A stretch of 64,000 bases of DNA, from NCBI GenBank assembly GCA_030141605.1, contig JAQGDQ010001073.1:967-64966 (forward strand), read 5' to 3'. This document shows, piece after piece, positions 30,854 to 44,600 of this stretch. The notes below the pieces were generated by a model, which was not told the origin of the DNA, made no database searches, and worked only from the letters and a program-made list of their open reading frames with translations. This DNA is from Tubiluchus corallicola. Taxonomy: Eukaryota > Animalia > Priapulida. Made by a program: the position numbers and the translations under genes. How positions within the stretch are numbered: position 1 is the stretch's first letter; each line of letters starts with the position of its first letter.

Positions 30854-32005
30854 TGTTGTAACAGATGATTAAGAAGTTTCTCTAAATTAACTATAATATT
30901 CTCATTTATAAGCACTTTAGACTTTGGAATTACAAATTTAGTTTACTGTTTTCACTAAACAGTAGATTCAGAAATGTGGATTGTTTTCTTAATGGAATAA
31001 ACAATGCTAAACACGATTGTTCTGTCTTCATTGTTTTCAAGAAGTTCCCAGGTTTGCTGCAATGAATAATCATACAGGTGGCCAATTTTGATCGAAATGC
31101 ATTGGACAATGACGTGTTTGCTATGAATGCTCTGATTATTTTTTCAAATTTCACTCAATGTTATCTAAAGTTGTTTCAAACGACTTATTGTTCTAACGTT
31201 TAGTTTAAATTTACATGTTTTTACAGTGTTACTGCCGACGCAATCCCAGTATCCAAAAAGGCAGTGTCCGAGCGGTGTAGATTTTCAAGACGAATTTTTA
31301 AAGTTTTGCTTAAGTGGCAGGATTTCTTGAATTTTAACTTAAAAGCTGCTGGTTGTCATTACGTTACTTACTGTAACGAATAAACACCATTAAAGTAGTA
31401 GCTGGCAAAAACTATGTATAATGTGCGTGAATTAATGATTGGCAGTGGATGCGTCTAAGCGCATTTGTAATTTCACGCAATTTTGAACATGTGCAAAATC
31501 TTTTTTACAGCTAACTATATAAATAAATAATATAGTAAGTATAATGAACATAATAAATAAATAATAATTAAAAATAATATTATCTTGACATGCTATATGT
31601 CTTGAATACTATTTTTTGTAAATAGTAAAACTAAACAAAATTGAATAATTAAGCAAAATTATAGAGAATGTACTAACAAAAAAACCAGTTTGTTATATAT
31701 CATGTAGAATACAGTAGTTTACAAAATGAGAAATTTAAACCAAAGTTACAGAAAAAGCTGGATAAAATTAATTGAGAAGTTACGTGAAAAAAAAACAGAT
31801 TACTGTATGAAAGTGCAAAGGCTGAATACAGATGTATGAAAATAACCTACCGGCATAAATTCACACATGCATGCATGCGAGCGCACACACACACACACGT
31901 GCGTACTTATTAAACGCATGATGTCACGAAAAATGGGCTTTACATCATATGACGTCATGAAACTAACAATGCAGTTCATGATCATGGTCATCACGGTACT
32001 GCCTA
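30380..32005 (+). repeat. Duplicated block matching ~52500-54112
   Basis: Near-identical direct copy ending at catggtcatcacggtactgcct. Confidence 0.92.
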
Positions 32006-33286
32006 AAATGATATTAGCCTTTTTTAAAGCCATTTTGGGTAAATGTATATATGTTCTTAGTTGCCATGTTTTAAATACTGGTAATGGTTTCTCATAGTGT
32101 TAGTATAAGTAAATATAGCAAACTTTGTTTTAGCCAAAAAATAAACTACTAAAAAAATTTGAAAGCATGCCAAACCTACAAAAGTGCAGCATCGTTTAAG
32201 CATTAAACTACATTGATCTCAAAACTCTGACAGAAAAAAGAAACAATAGATGAAATGAAAAGTTAACTGTCAAATGTTAGGGAAATGACAGACAATGAAA
32301 GAAATCAGAGCATGCTCTTACACTATTGATTTTGTTGTGAACTCTGTTTATAATTTCATCACTGATATCTTATTATATGTACAGTAATTTGATAAACCAA
32401 ACATTTTATATAATAGTCAGTAATTAATGATTTGGTTAGCTAATTAAAAGACATCTTATTTCAATGCTTTAGCCATTAGCTTAACCATTGATCACATTAT
32501 CAATTAATATGAACTGGTTTATTAATTTACTAGGCATACCTAAGCATTTCAGTGTTTTTTTTTGTTCCATTTCATGTAATGACTAATCAAAATGGCTACA
32601 TTAATGCAGTAGCAATTCTTCGTGTAACGTTTGGTAGAATAAAGATAATTACGAAAAACTGACAAATGTTGTTACTAGCTCGCAAGAAAAGTTACTCAAA
32701 CGCCAATGTAACATTTTGCGACACAAATAAGGCTTCTCATGTGGATTTAGAGGATGAAATCTTACTTTCATGTTGGTGATAAAATGTTAATACATTCTGC
32801 AAAGAAACAAAATGTTATTAATAAAATTTCATGTTATTTGTAACCAATTCTCATGTTATTGATAAAATTTTATTTTATAAAAGCGTTCAATTTTAATTTA
32901 TACTGTTTGTGACATATATTAGCATTTAAATTTTTCAGTCTGATAGAACAGTTGAACAAAATTGGCATTGAGCTTGAATTGAAACTAGGATCACTGAATT
33001 ACTATTTTAACATCATAATGGCCCCTGTATAAAGCGAATGCTCAATCTACTCTTCTTCCTTTCACTTCCTGTTTGTAGCGGCTCGTGTATAGTACTGTGG
33101 AACTGCAGCACCCCCTATTATCGATAATATTCAATATAAGTAATTTTTCTTTAGCTCCTACTTTACAATTGCACGGTCCAGACACTGTTTGCTTCACAAC
33201 CTAGCAGAGTGTGCTCACAGCTTAAGGAACGTGGTGTTTCTCTGTTGTGCGCATGCTCATGCATAACATGATTGAGATATGATGGT
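32006..33286 (+). repeat. Duplicated block matching 7387-8670
   Basis: Near-identical direct copy, abutting the preceding block at 32005/32006. Confidence 0.95.
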
Positions 33287-34151
33287 TCTCGAGACTTCTT
33301 AGCATCAGTGATTTGTCGTAGCAAAGGACGCAGTAGTATCACCACGCTGAGCTAAAGAATGTGTCTGCTTCCAGATCGTCTCGTAAAAAAACAACGGCAA
33401 CTCACCACTCCTATCCTCACTCGTGTCTATGTGTGTGCGCGAACTCTGAACTTTCACTTAGCTTATAAAGCGAAAGCCATCAAGTCACGCATTGTGCAGA
33501 GGTCACAAAGGATTGCACCACCTCAGATAATTTAGTATACCAGAAGTCGCAACCCTACCTCCTTAGACAGTGAATACTGTTTGGTAGGCTAATTTAACAA
33601 TCAGTAATGATTGGTACTGAACCTTAACAAAATAACTTCCTGACTTGTTTATCAACAAATGGCCAGCGCCGGACACACTTTATGTCCGCTAATTGGCATG
33701 TAACTCTTTAACAAGCGGCGTCTTCTTTGAATCTTTCTCTTCCTTGTTCACTACCCTACATCATCTAAACTCATTAGATTCGAACTCTTGAACTCATTAA
33801 ATTCAAGCTACAAGCTGGGTGAGTCACTTATAATCAAATTGTATGGTTTTCAATATCAAACCCAAGGAGGAGTAGCTTTATCTCCGAAATCTGATTATTC
33901 AATGATTTCAATTAATTTCCGATTAATTCTATATTTTAAATTTGATTCACAACAGTACACTTGCCGTACCATGTAACTCTCATTTTACAATGATGATAAC
34001 GATTGGTGATTGTTGAATATCAAAAAGCACTACATCGTACACTTGCCATACCTTGTAACTCTCTTTCTACAATGATGATGACGATTGCTGAAACTTTTTC
34101 CTTTTAATTTTTAATAGCTAAGAGAGCGTTTAAACTCTTGACATGTGTAGA

Positions 34152-34967
34152 TCGGTCAAGAAGTACTGTCTTAAAAACACTGTCACTTGTAAACATGAAT
34201 TCTACTTGTACCGGTCAAGAAGTACTGTCTTAAAAACACTGTCACTTGTAAACATGAATTCTACTTGTACCGGTCAAGAAGTACTGTCTTAAAAACACTG
34301 TCACTTGTAAACATGAATTCTACTTGTATTGGTCAAGAAGTACTGTCTTAAAAACACTGTCACTTGTAAACATGAATTCTACTTGTACCGGTCAAGAAGT
34401 ACTGTCTTAAAAACACTGTCACTTGTAAACATGAATTCTACTTGTACCGGTCAAGAAGTACTGTCTTAAAAACACTGTCACTTGTAAACATGAATTCTAC
34501 TTGTACCGGTCAAGAAGTACTGTCTTAAAAACACTGTCACTTGTAAACATGAATTCTACTTGTACCGGTCAAGAAGTACTGTCTTAAAAACACTGTCACT
34601 TGTAAACATGAATTCTACTTGTATCGGTCAAGAAGTACTGTCTTAAAAACACTGTCACTTGTAAACATGAATTCTACTTGTACCGGTCAAGAAGTACTGT
34701 CTTAAAAACACTGTCACTTGTAAACATGAATTCTACTTGTACCGGTCAAGAAGTACTGTCTTAAAAACACTGTCACTTGTAAACATGAATTCTACTTGTA
34801 CCGGTCAAGAAGTACTGTCTTAAAAACACTGTCACTTGTAAACATGAATTCTACTTGTACCGGTCAAGAAGTACTGTCTTAAAAACACTGTCACTTGTAA
34901 ACATGAATTCTACTTGTATCGGTCAAGAAGTACTGTCTGTCACTTGTAAACATGAAATCTACTTGTA
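34152..34967. repeat. Homogeneous minisatellite, 59-bp unit, ~13.5 copies
   Basis: Unit cggtcaagaagtactgtcttaaaaacactgtcacttgtaaacatgaattctacttgtac, head-to-tail, no spacers. Confidence 0.97.
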
Positions 34968-35133
34968 CAACCCTAGGCGTGAATAGGCCATTTATCTCGC
35001 AAAATATTTGCAATTTATAACTCTGCTCTTAATAATCGTGATTTATTTGCTTACGAGTTGTGCTGACTTACTGAAGGGGAAAACCACCTACCTGGCTGAG
35101 CGTATGTAGAAATTCGTCATATTGCAAAATTTT

Positions 35134-35450
35134 GTTATTATTTTCAGCAGTTAAGGTTTGTCATGCCATCTGATGTGTATAAATTCAGTTATTATTTTCA
35201 GCAATTAAAGTTTGTCCTGCCATCTGATGTGTATAAAATCAGTTATTATTTTCAGCAGTCTAGGTTTTTTATGCCATCTGAAGTGCATAAAATCAGTTAT
35301 TATTTTCAGCACACAATGATTGTCATGCCATCTGATGTGAATAAAATCAGTTATTATTTTCAGCACACAAGGATTGTCATGCCATCTGATGTGTATCAAG
35401 GATTGTCATGCCCTCTGATGTGTATAAAATCAGTTATTTTTTTCAGCAAT
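35134..35450. repeat. Minisatellite, 54-bp unit, ~5.5 copies
   Basis: gttattattttcagca...gtcatgccatctgatgtgtataaaatca repeated, just downstream of the SELENBP1 stop. Confidence 0.9.
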
Positions 35451-35632
35451 CATAAAAACTGCTTTGTAAAACATTTGCAAAGTTACAGATTTAAAGTCTA
35501 CTTTTCAGAGCTTTACGATTTCTAGAGCTTTTGTACAAAAATGAGTTTAACAAAAACCATTGAACAAGTTCTACTTGATTAAATATGCTTGACTTGTATA
35601 CGAGAAAAAACTTCGTTATAGTTGTGTCACTT

Positions 35633-38600
35633 CTAAACAAGGAATATGTCAGAAGTGCAATCTCCGTTTGGATAGCGCATTTCATGAGCCAACACTGGAC
35701 CATCTGGTTCTTTACCAAAGTCAACGAGGAAATCTTCGTTCAGTGTCATGCCGCCATTTTGTATGTCAATGTCTACTAGCATCATCACTGCACCATTCCT
35801 GCATAAAAACAGCGTGAAGGACACGTCAATGTAATAATAGTAATTCAACTAAAGTCTTTTTTGTTACGGTGAAATGTAGTAGACAATTTCAGTAGGACAT
35901 GGACACACGTAGCACAGACGCAGACACGCGCAGGTAACGCACGCATACGTTCAGAACAAAAGACATTTAGAGAAGCACCATTCTTCAAAATTATGGTGCT
36001 AATAACTAATTAACTGGAGAAGAAAATGGGCATTGAAAAGTTGCGAGAGAACTTACACAAACGTCTGGCGGAGCTTTTAAGTGCACAGAAAAGTATTATC
36101 CATAATAGTGTCGTGATATTTCATATCTAGTACTGTCTATGGCGTTTGTATTCAAAATGTCCGCTTGGAACCACTTGCACCAATCAAAAGTTTAACAAAG
36201 ACCAATATAGTAAGAAGTTTTTAATTTGCTTTTGATATTATTATATAACCTATGCTTAAAGAGGAAGTAAAAGGAATTTTAAAAGACTTTCCACAAAAAT
36301 TTATATTATTAACATTACGCTTACTTGTTACCGTATGCTAACATTAACATTACAAGACTTCAGTAACTGGAAAAAACTCCTTACTAATTTAAAATATTCA
36401 ACCTAGCCACTGGGGGGGGGGGGGGAGGGGGGCAAGCCAGCCCAACTTAGTGCTGGTCCCAAGCCCGGATAAATAGGGAGGGTTAGGGTCAGGAAAGGCA
36501 TCCGCCTGAAAAACTGCGCCAAAACCTTCTATGAATGAGTCGGTGAGACTTAAAGGTAAAGTCCACAAAGATAGTGGTCAGACCCGCTGTAATCTATAAG
36601 CAGCTTCTCTAAAGAAGACCGAAGAGAAGAAAATGGGTGTGTGGTGGAGATGAAGATGTTGAGATGGATCGTGGGAATAACAGGAAGAGATAAAATTAGA
36701 AATAATAATATCAGAGGAACGGTAAAAGTAGTGGAAGATTGCGATGGTATGGACACCTGAAAAGAAGAGTCGGTGAAGATCATGTGGGAAGGGAAGACAT
36801 AAATGAAGAGATGGTCAACAACAGGAATGCGTGGAGAAGATTCACAACTATGACCCCACATAGGGAAAAGCTGGGAAGAAGAAGAAGACTAATTTAAAAT
36901 ATTCGCGCCACCTGGTAAAACGCCGCTGCGTTTCTATGGCAATTATCGAAAAAAACAAGTTGACCTCACTGTCAATATAAAGTAATTTGAACTTTTCCTC
37001 AACTAGTGAAGAGTGTGGTAAGTCAAGTTTTTAAAACTTTATTGACAATGAGTGTTTTATTGTGCTTTAATCCTTCATAAATGGAAGTTTAAAACCTGGT
37101 CAAGAGTATCAGTACCATCACAATTGTCATCTAATCAAGTGTCATTTGTAAAGTGAAGGCGTTCAAGCAACTGACTGCAACTGTCTAAGGAGCATTAAAT
37201 ATAATAATGTTCATTGTGTAGCTTACTATAATTATAATAAACCTATACTTACTTAACCAAGTCTGGATAAAATTGCTTATCCCATACAGAAAATAGTGAC
37301 GTTGTGACATAAAGACGCTTGCCATCCAGGCTCAACTGGAGCATCTGAGGACCTCCGTCAATTCGTCTTCCCTTTATTATTCTAGGTGGAGGCTGTAACT
37401 TTAATTCTTTATCCTCTATAACTTTTACTTTTCCATCGTTCACAATACTTCCTCCTAGAAATATCTCCACAGGAAAAAAGGCAAGTTTAGTTGGCAGAGT
37501 CAACGCGGGTATAGATTTTACCGCTTATTTATGGAATTTCAAATTATATTTAATAACAATTAATTTTATAGAATTCCTCCGTTCAAGCCGTTTTTCAGTA
37601 CCTAACTATCAATCCAGGATAATCTTAAATCTTTTAAGACAATAATGATAATAAGCTGGGCTAGCAGAGGTGACTAAGCAAAAGTTTAGATGTACAACCT
37701 GCCTCGCTGAGCGTCAGAAAAGAACGGAAACGGAACCGTAGAATATTCCGTTTAGAAACCATTTTGGCGCTTGCTCATCTGCCTACTAACCTACTAAAGC
37801 GCTTAAAAGTAGCCACTAAACACTCATTATTAATATTAAGCCTTTTCTGGACACATTTCGTAATAAATATAAAATTGTCACCAATAGTCAAATACTAGGT
37901 TGTGAAAGGAGCAGTTTCACAATTACAAGATACAGTCGATTGTTTGCAAATCTGTAACAAAAATTCTCAGTCTATTTCAATCTAACAGTTCCTATTCCCA
38001 ACAAATATGTTCAAGTATTAAATTAAGTTTAAGTTTTAAGATCCACGGAAATTAAGGTTTTTCCGCTTGTTCATTTAAATGCAATTAAAAAATTTAGTTT
38101 CATAATCTGATACCGTTCTGAAAGAGCCATACTGAAAAATTTATCCAAATGGAGACGATATTGAAAAAGTCAGAGTTCACAAAGAGGTAAATGTGACCTT
38201 GAACTTTGAAAATTTCTAATTTACAGCTATGTTATTTGCAGCACAATTTATAGGAACTGTAGGTTAAATTACCTGAGCACAAAGTCTTGGATTGAATGGA
38301 TCTTCAATGTTGTACTGACGAATGTCACCATGGATCCAGTTACTAATATACAGGTATTTGTCATCCATTGACAAAATGATATCAGTCACTAGACCTGAAA
38401 CACAAACGCAAATTGTAAAAATGAATAGTAAAAAAACGCATCAATGTCTACAGACATTTTAACTGAAACTATTCTGAGTTATTCGGAAACTCTGTTCTCT
38501 ATACATTTTACAGCAGCACTGTAAACAACACAATTCATGCATATTGTACAAATTAAATTTCGCCATTTGAGAAATTAGTAATAGAATATTGCAATACATA

Positions 38601-41600
38601 TGACTAAATTATAAAAATTGTATTCTCACAATGATAATGCAATTTTTTATGGATTTGAAGCATATTTGACTCGTTTGTCAAAAAATTCATGCACACAAAA
38701 AACTATGTTCACACAACCCGGCAAAATGAGGGACCTATACACGCATACCACCATGGCGAAATGGTAGACTGGTACAATTGTACACTAGTTCAAGGATGCC
38801 ATTGTCTGAACGTGTATTGTACTATTTCTAATAGACTGGCAAAATGATAAGCTGGTAAAATGATACACTAGCAAAATGACAAACTGACGAAATATACTAA
38901 CAAATTTTGTCCTGGTGAAGTAATATACAAGCCCTTGCTCGTATACGAGTTTTTATGAGAAAATTAAATGTCAAGAATTGACAATAACTGTTTAGACTGC
39001 CAGGACCACGTTTCTAATAATATTGCTGCCTTTGCTGCTTCACCTATACTGCCTTTTCACCGTATATACTCCTCCTTTCATACACTACATGGTCTATTGT
39101 GTCTCTAATCGATACAGAGCCGTTTACATGGTACCATGTCTATAATGCAGCAAAATCAAATCAAAAATCACACTTCCTGGTTAGCTGTGTGTTTTCTTAT
39201 AATTGCAGATTCCTATTTGTGACTGACATATTCGTTAACAGGTGGTGCAGGCAAGCACATGATCTTAGCTAGGAGGGAGAGTGGCTCTTTCTTGCGAAAA
39301 TGTATATATGGGCAGTCAAGTTCTATAAAACATCTTGTGGTGTGTTAGCTGCAACGTGTAAATTATTTGCCGCGTTGTTACCAAAGCCAAGTCTAGGTAG
39401 GATGCCTTTATGTTATTTACTGAGTAAATATATGGGTATTCTAAGTTAAGACTAAAAATTCTGACATCTATCGCGAAAAATTCGCACTAAACATCGGTTT
39501 AAAATTGTCAGCAACAGGAACAAACAGTAGAAAAAGCAGCAGAACGAACAAGAATTTATCACAGATAATTTGGACCTAGTGCGGAATGTTCAGCAAGATA
39601 GACGGCCACCACGTTTTTCACCAAATATCTTACAGTAGTACTGTACTTCAATTTTCTCTTTTGCAAACATGTACAACACGCTCGTGGAATATTTTTGCTG
39701 TTGAAAATCATGTTAGTTCGTGATATCATCAATAGTTGGGCTCGCTCCCTATCCCATTAATTATGTTTTTAATCTATTATTTAATTATCAGATACGCGTT
39801 TACAATATTAATTGTGTTAAATATGTACACTCTTTATCGGATTTGAAAATGGGGTAGTACATGTATGTGAAAAATCATCCTGTCTTCCTTTGAGCTGTCT
39901 AAAAGCCCACTGGATGCTAAGACGAGCGCCAGATATATTTCTACTAGACTTAATATTATTTATTTTGATGTGATTCACAGTAAATGTGCATACAGTTTAT
40001 ACGTCAGGCTGAATAAGAGTGAAAATTTTATATGCAAGAACATTTTAAACAGTGATGTAAACTTTTCTTCTGTAATTAGACCTTATTGGCCTAGTTTGTT
40101 ATATCGTTAATTGTTATTTGTGTTATTGTTGTGTGTCATGATTTATTGTATTATTTTTATTAATTTGTGATATGTATATGAACTTTGTGAGGTTTGAAAT
40201 AAAATATTAAATCTAAATCTAAGTATTTCAGAGCATTCCGTGTAACATATGTACACACGACAGTTATATATATATATATATGGTTATTATTGATAATTGT
40301 CATTTTAAACTTTTTATTTTGTATACCTCTTGGATTAGGGGTATGCCCGCTGATTGTATGAAAAGACCTGGAAAAACTCGTTGTGGGGTTTTTGTTTACC
40401 TATGGTCGTTTCTTATTCTCTCTTCCTTCTTCCTATCCCAAATCTTACTATTTTTTCCATTCCATCATGCCTACTAACCCTAGCCATTCTTTCATTCACT
40501 CATTTGTGCCACCTTAACAAGCCAAGCTTTCAAGGTGTCATACAGCAACTCTTTTATTTAGTTAATTTGACTTTATCAAAATTGTATGTTTTTGTATTGT
40601 ACATGTATTGCTGGAGTGAAATAAATTGATTGATTGAGCTATAACTTGGAATCAGTGGGGCTCGTCAAACTCAATTACAATATTGTATAATATAGAGAGG
40701 GCAAGTTGTTTACTCTCAGATGTCAGAATCATTACAGGTCTGAATTGCAGGCCTAAATCTTACCTGGCATGTTAGGCAAAGTCCAACCATCAACTTTCTT
40801 CGTTGGAACTGCTATCACTTTATCCGCAACCCATTTATTAAACTAGATAATGACAAAAACGCAAAAATTATTTATTTAATAGCATTAAAACAAACTGTTG
40901 AAGTTATAAAAATAGCCTATCGCGACCATGTTGCCAATGTGGAAGTCCTACAGCAGGCGCAGTCAAGGCGGTTGCAGGAAATAGTCGCAGAGAGAAGGCT
41001 GAGATTGGCTGGACATATTCTACGCCTACCAGAACAACGCCACTCCAAAATAGCGTTACGCTGGGAACCACCTCGTGGAAAAAGGAAAAGAGGTCGGCCA
41101 AAAACAACATGGCGCAGATCTTTCAAATACCTTCGGGCTATGAACAGACGTTGGGAGAACATCGAAAGAGAAGCCGCCGATAGAACCCAGTGGAAAATGC
41201 TGTCTGCCCAATGTGCATCTGTGCACGGGAAGGACTAAGGTCTAAGGTAAGATAATACAAACTGTAGGTAACATTGGTAACCCCTCAAGTACTAGACTTA
41301 ATATACACTAAAATTACGACATACTTTCTTACAGACAAACCAATGGGTTCCTGTATTTTTCTACTTGCAAAGTTTTGTTGAACGATGGCAAAAAGGGTTT
41401 TTCTTAGGTCCACATGCAAATGTTTGATGAATTTTACTTTTATCTAATGAACCATTGCTAGTGTCATGATACAACGGCAATATCAAAATACTGGTTCCCG
41501 TAAATTCACAAGATGGACAATTTAAACAATACGAAAGTTAAAGGCAAGCTCACCTTGTTTCTGTAAATATGGAAAACTGTGGAGCTGAATGCACAACCAA

Positions 41601-44600
41601 CGAATCCATGAATAGAACGAGGATTGTGTAGAAATCTAACTTCAAGTGGCATGTAACCATCTTCTCCCAAATCCAATGTTTGAAGCCAAGTCTTCTCTTT
41701 CCAATTCCAGAACGTCAAGTGTCTTCCATACAGTCCTGGAAAGCATTATTATAGATTCGTAACAGCAACTATAATAAATTTACTTGTCCGCTTAAGTATT
41801 GCAGAATTAATTTTAAAATGTTGTCAGAAACAGTGTAATGAAGCTAGGCTTAATCTAGATTTTATTGTTAAACTTTAGCAGCACAGTTTCTCTTTCCGAT
41901 TCTTTAGCTTTTGTCTTTTTCAGTCATGTACACTACATGGAGTCATCCTGAATTGTGAGGTTGTCAAATACACAACACAGGGTCACCCAGGATTATGCCG
42001 CCTTCAAGTACATTATACAGGGTTCATTTAAGACTGTACGACAGACAACTACACCGTACAGGGTCATTCAGGACTGTACAACTGTTAAGTACACAACACA
42101 GGGTCATTCAGGATTATGCCGCCCTCAAGTACATTATACAGGGTCATTCAGGACTGTACGACAGTTAACTACACCGTACAGGGTCATTCAGGACTGTACG
42201 ATCATTAAGTACACCATACAGGGTCATTTAGGACTGTACGACAGTCAACTACACCGTACAGGGTCATTCAGGACTGTACGATCATTAAGTACACCATACA
42301 GGGTCATTTAGGACTGTACGACCGTCAAGTACACTATACAGGGTCATCCAGGACTGTACGACAGTCAACTACACCATACAGGGTCATTCAGGACTGTACG
42401 ACCGTCAACTACACCGTACAGGGTCATTCAGGACTGTACGATCATTAAGTGCACCTTACAGGGTCATTCAGGACTGTACGACCGTCAAGTACACAGTACA
42501 GGGTCATTCAGGACTGTACGATCATTAAGTGCACCTTACAGGGTCATTCAGGACTGTACGACCGTCAAGTACACAGTACAGGGTCATTCAGGACTGTACG
42601 ATCATTAAGTACACCTTACAGGGTCATTCAGGACTGTACGACCGTCAAGTACACCGTACAGGGTCATTTAGGACTGTGCGATCATTAAGTACACAGTACA
42701 GAGTCATTCAGGACTGTACGACCGTCAACATTATACAGAGTCAGCCAAGACTGTGTGGCCGTCACTATTACTGACTCCAACCGTCTCTGGTGGGAAGACG
42801 AGTTCAGAACATAGCCTTTGTCTTGTACACACGTAATTTGAAGATTTTAGTCTACTTATAGATTTACATCTGCACCTTACATTTACATTTAATAAAATTA
42901 ATTCTTCTTTGATACACTGTTAGAAAGGATAAATGGTTTACCATCTTTGAGATGCTGAAGATTAAAGCTGCTTTTAAATGCAGACGGTGCGCCCCATGAA
43001 CTGGAAATCATGATGTTGTGATATGGCTGGTACCAATAATCATAACCGAAAGGAGCGGTTCCGCTTTGTTCCCATTTTGCTTTGACATTAAATGTCTTTC
43101 CGTCAAGCACAAGAAAACTACCTGCATATTAAAATTATTTGAAAATGAACTTGTAATAATTGCACTAGTAATTTTGTAGTATGTTTGGGTAAAATACATT
43201 TTTTGGCCGACCTTGCCGCCTGTTGCTCATTTTTGTCTCAAAACCATGCAGGCTGCTTATAATGATCTAATCAACTTTTGGAGGTAGTCGATAAGAGTTA
43301 AATTAGCCAGCAACTTGCGCTAAGCATAATGCAAATAGCCTAGTATTCTGCCTGCATATCAGTGCAAAGGAAGTCGTTAGATTACGCCTTGAATTCGTGC
43401 ACTTAAACAAATTTATAGGACGTAATATAACAGCATGTAAAAAGAAATAATGAATTCCTAAAAATAACAAGACAGAAAGCAATAGCACTGTGAAAAAATG
43501 TGAAGGATAATACGAATGTATTATATGAATAGGAATGGTGAGTTCTCAGTTCGTTGAAAAGATTTATGTTCTAATTACGAATCTAAACTTTTGCTTTGGA
43601 ATAACCAGTATAGGGTCGGTTAATGACACATTTTTATTGTACAATGTACCTTTTGCTTTACCATCTCTTGTACCCATTGTACTAATCATTACTTCACCAC
43701 TTGCAAGACAATGTGAGGTGTGTGGCGTACTCAAGTCTAGATCTTTGTAATCTTCTGGCTCCACAATCTAAACAAATTTAGATTTAATTTTAACGCCTAT
43801 AGTCATTGTAACGAACAACAAAATCGACAACTTCGTAAAAACACATCATTCCGTATCTGAAGTTTGACTGATCACCGGTAAGATAAGGGTAATGAATCAT
43901 TTCAAGTAAAATGGTGTGGCTTCTTACGTTACAATCGATATTTTTGTTTGTTGCCAAATCCTTAAGAAAAGTAAACAGTTAAAAACGAATTAATTGCACA
44001 TTTAGTTTATGTCGTCATTCTAAGTATTTTATGAAAAATGCTTTTGTAATCGTAAAAAGGAAGGGCAATAATTTAATACACTCATACACTACACAATGCA
44101 CTCATACACTACACAATACACTCATACACTACACAATACACTACACTACACAATACACTCATACAATACACAATGCACTCATACACTACAAAATACACTC
44201 ATACACTACACAATACACTCATACACTACACAATACACTCATACAATACACAATGCACTCATGCACTACACAATACACTCATACACTACACAATACACTC
44301 ATACAATACACACTGCACTCATACACTACAAAATACACTCATACACTACACAATACACTCATACACTACACAATACACTCATAAACTACACAATAAACTC
44401 AAACACTACACAATACACTCATACACCCACAATACACTCATACACTACACAATACACTCATACACTACACAATACACTCATACACTACACAATACACTCA
44501 TACACTACACAATACACTCATACACCACACAATACACTCATACACTACACAATACACTCATACCCCACACAATACACACATACACCACACAATACACTCA

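Noticed and set aside
34152-34967. CRISPR array
   Set aside because: Units are identical head-to-tail with no unique spacers; no cas genes; eukaryotic context.
41975-42745. CRISPR-like repeat-spacer array
   Set aside because: The variable segments are mutually homologous and recur, so this is a minisatellite.
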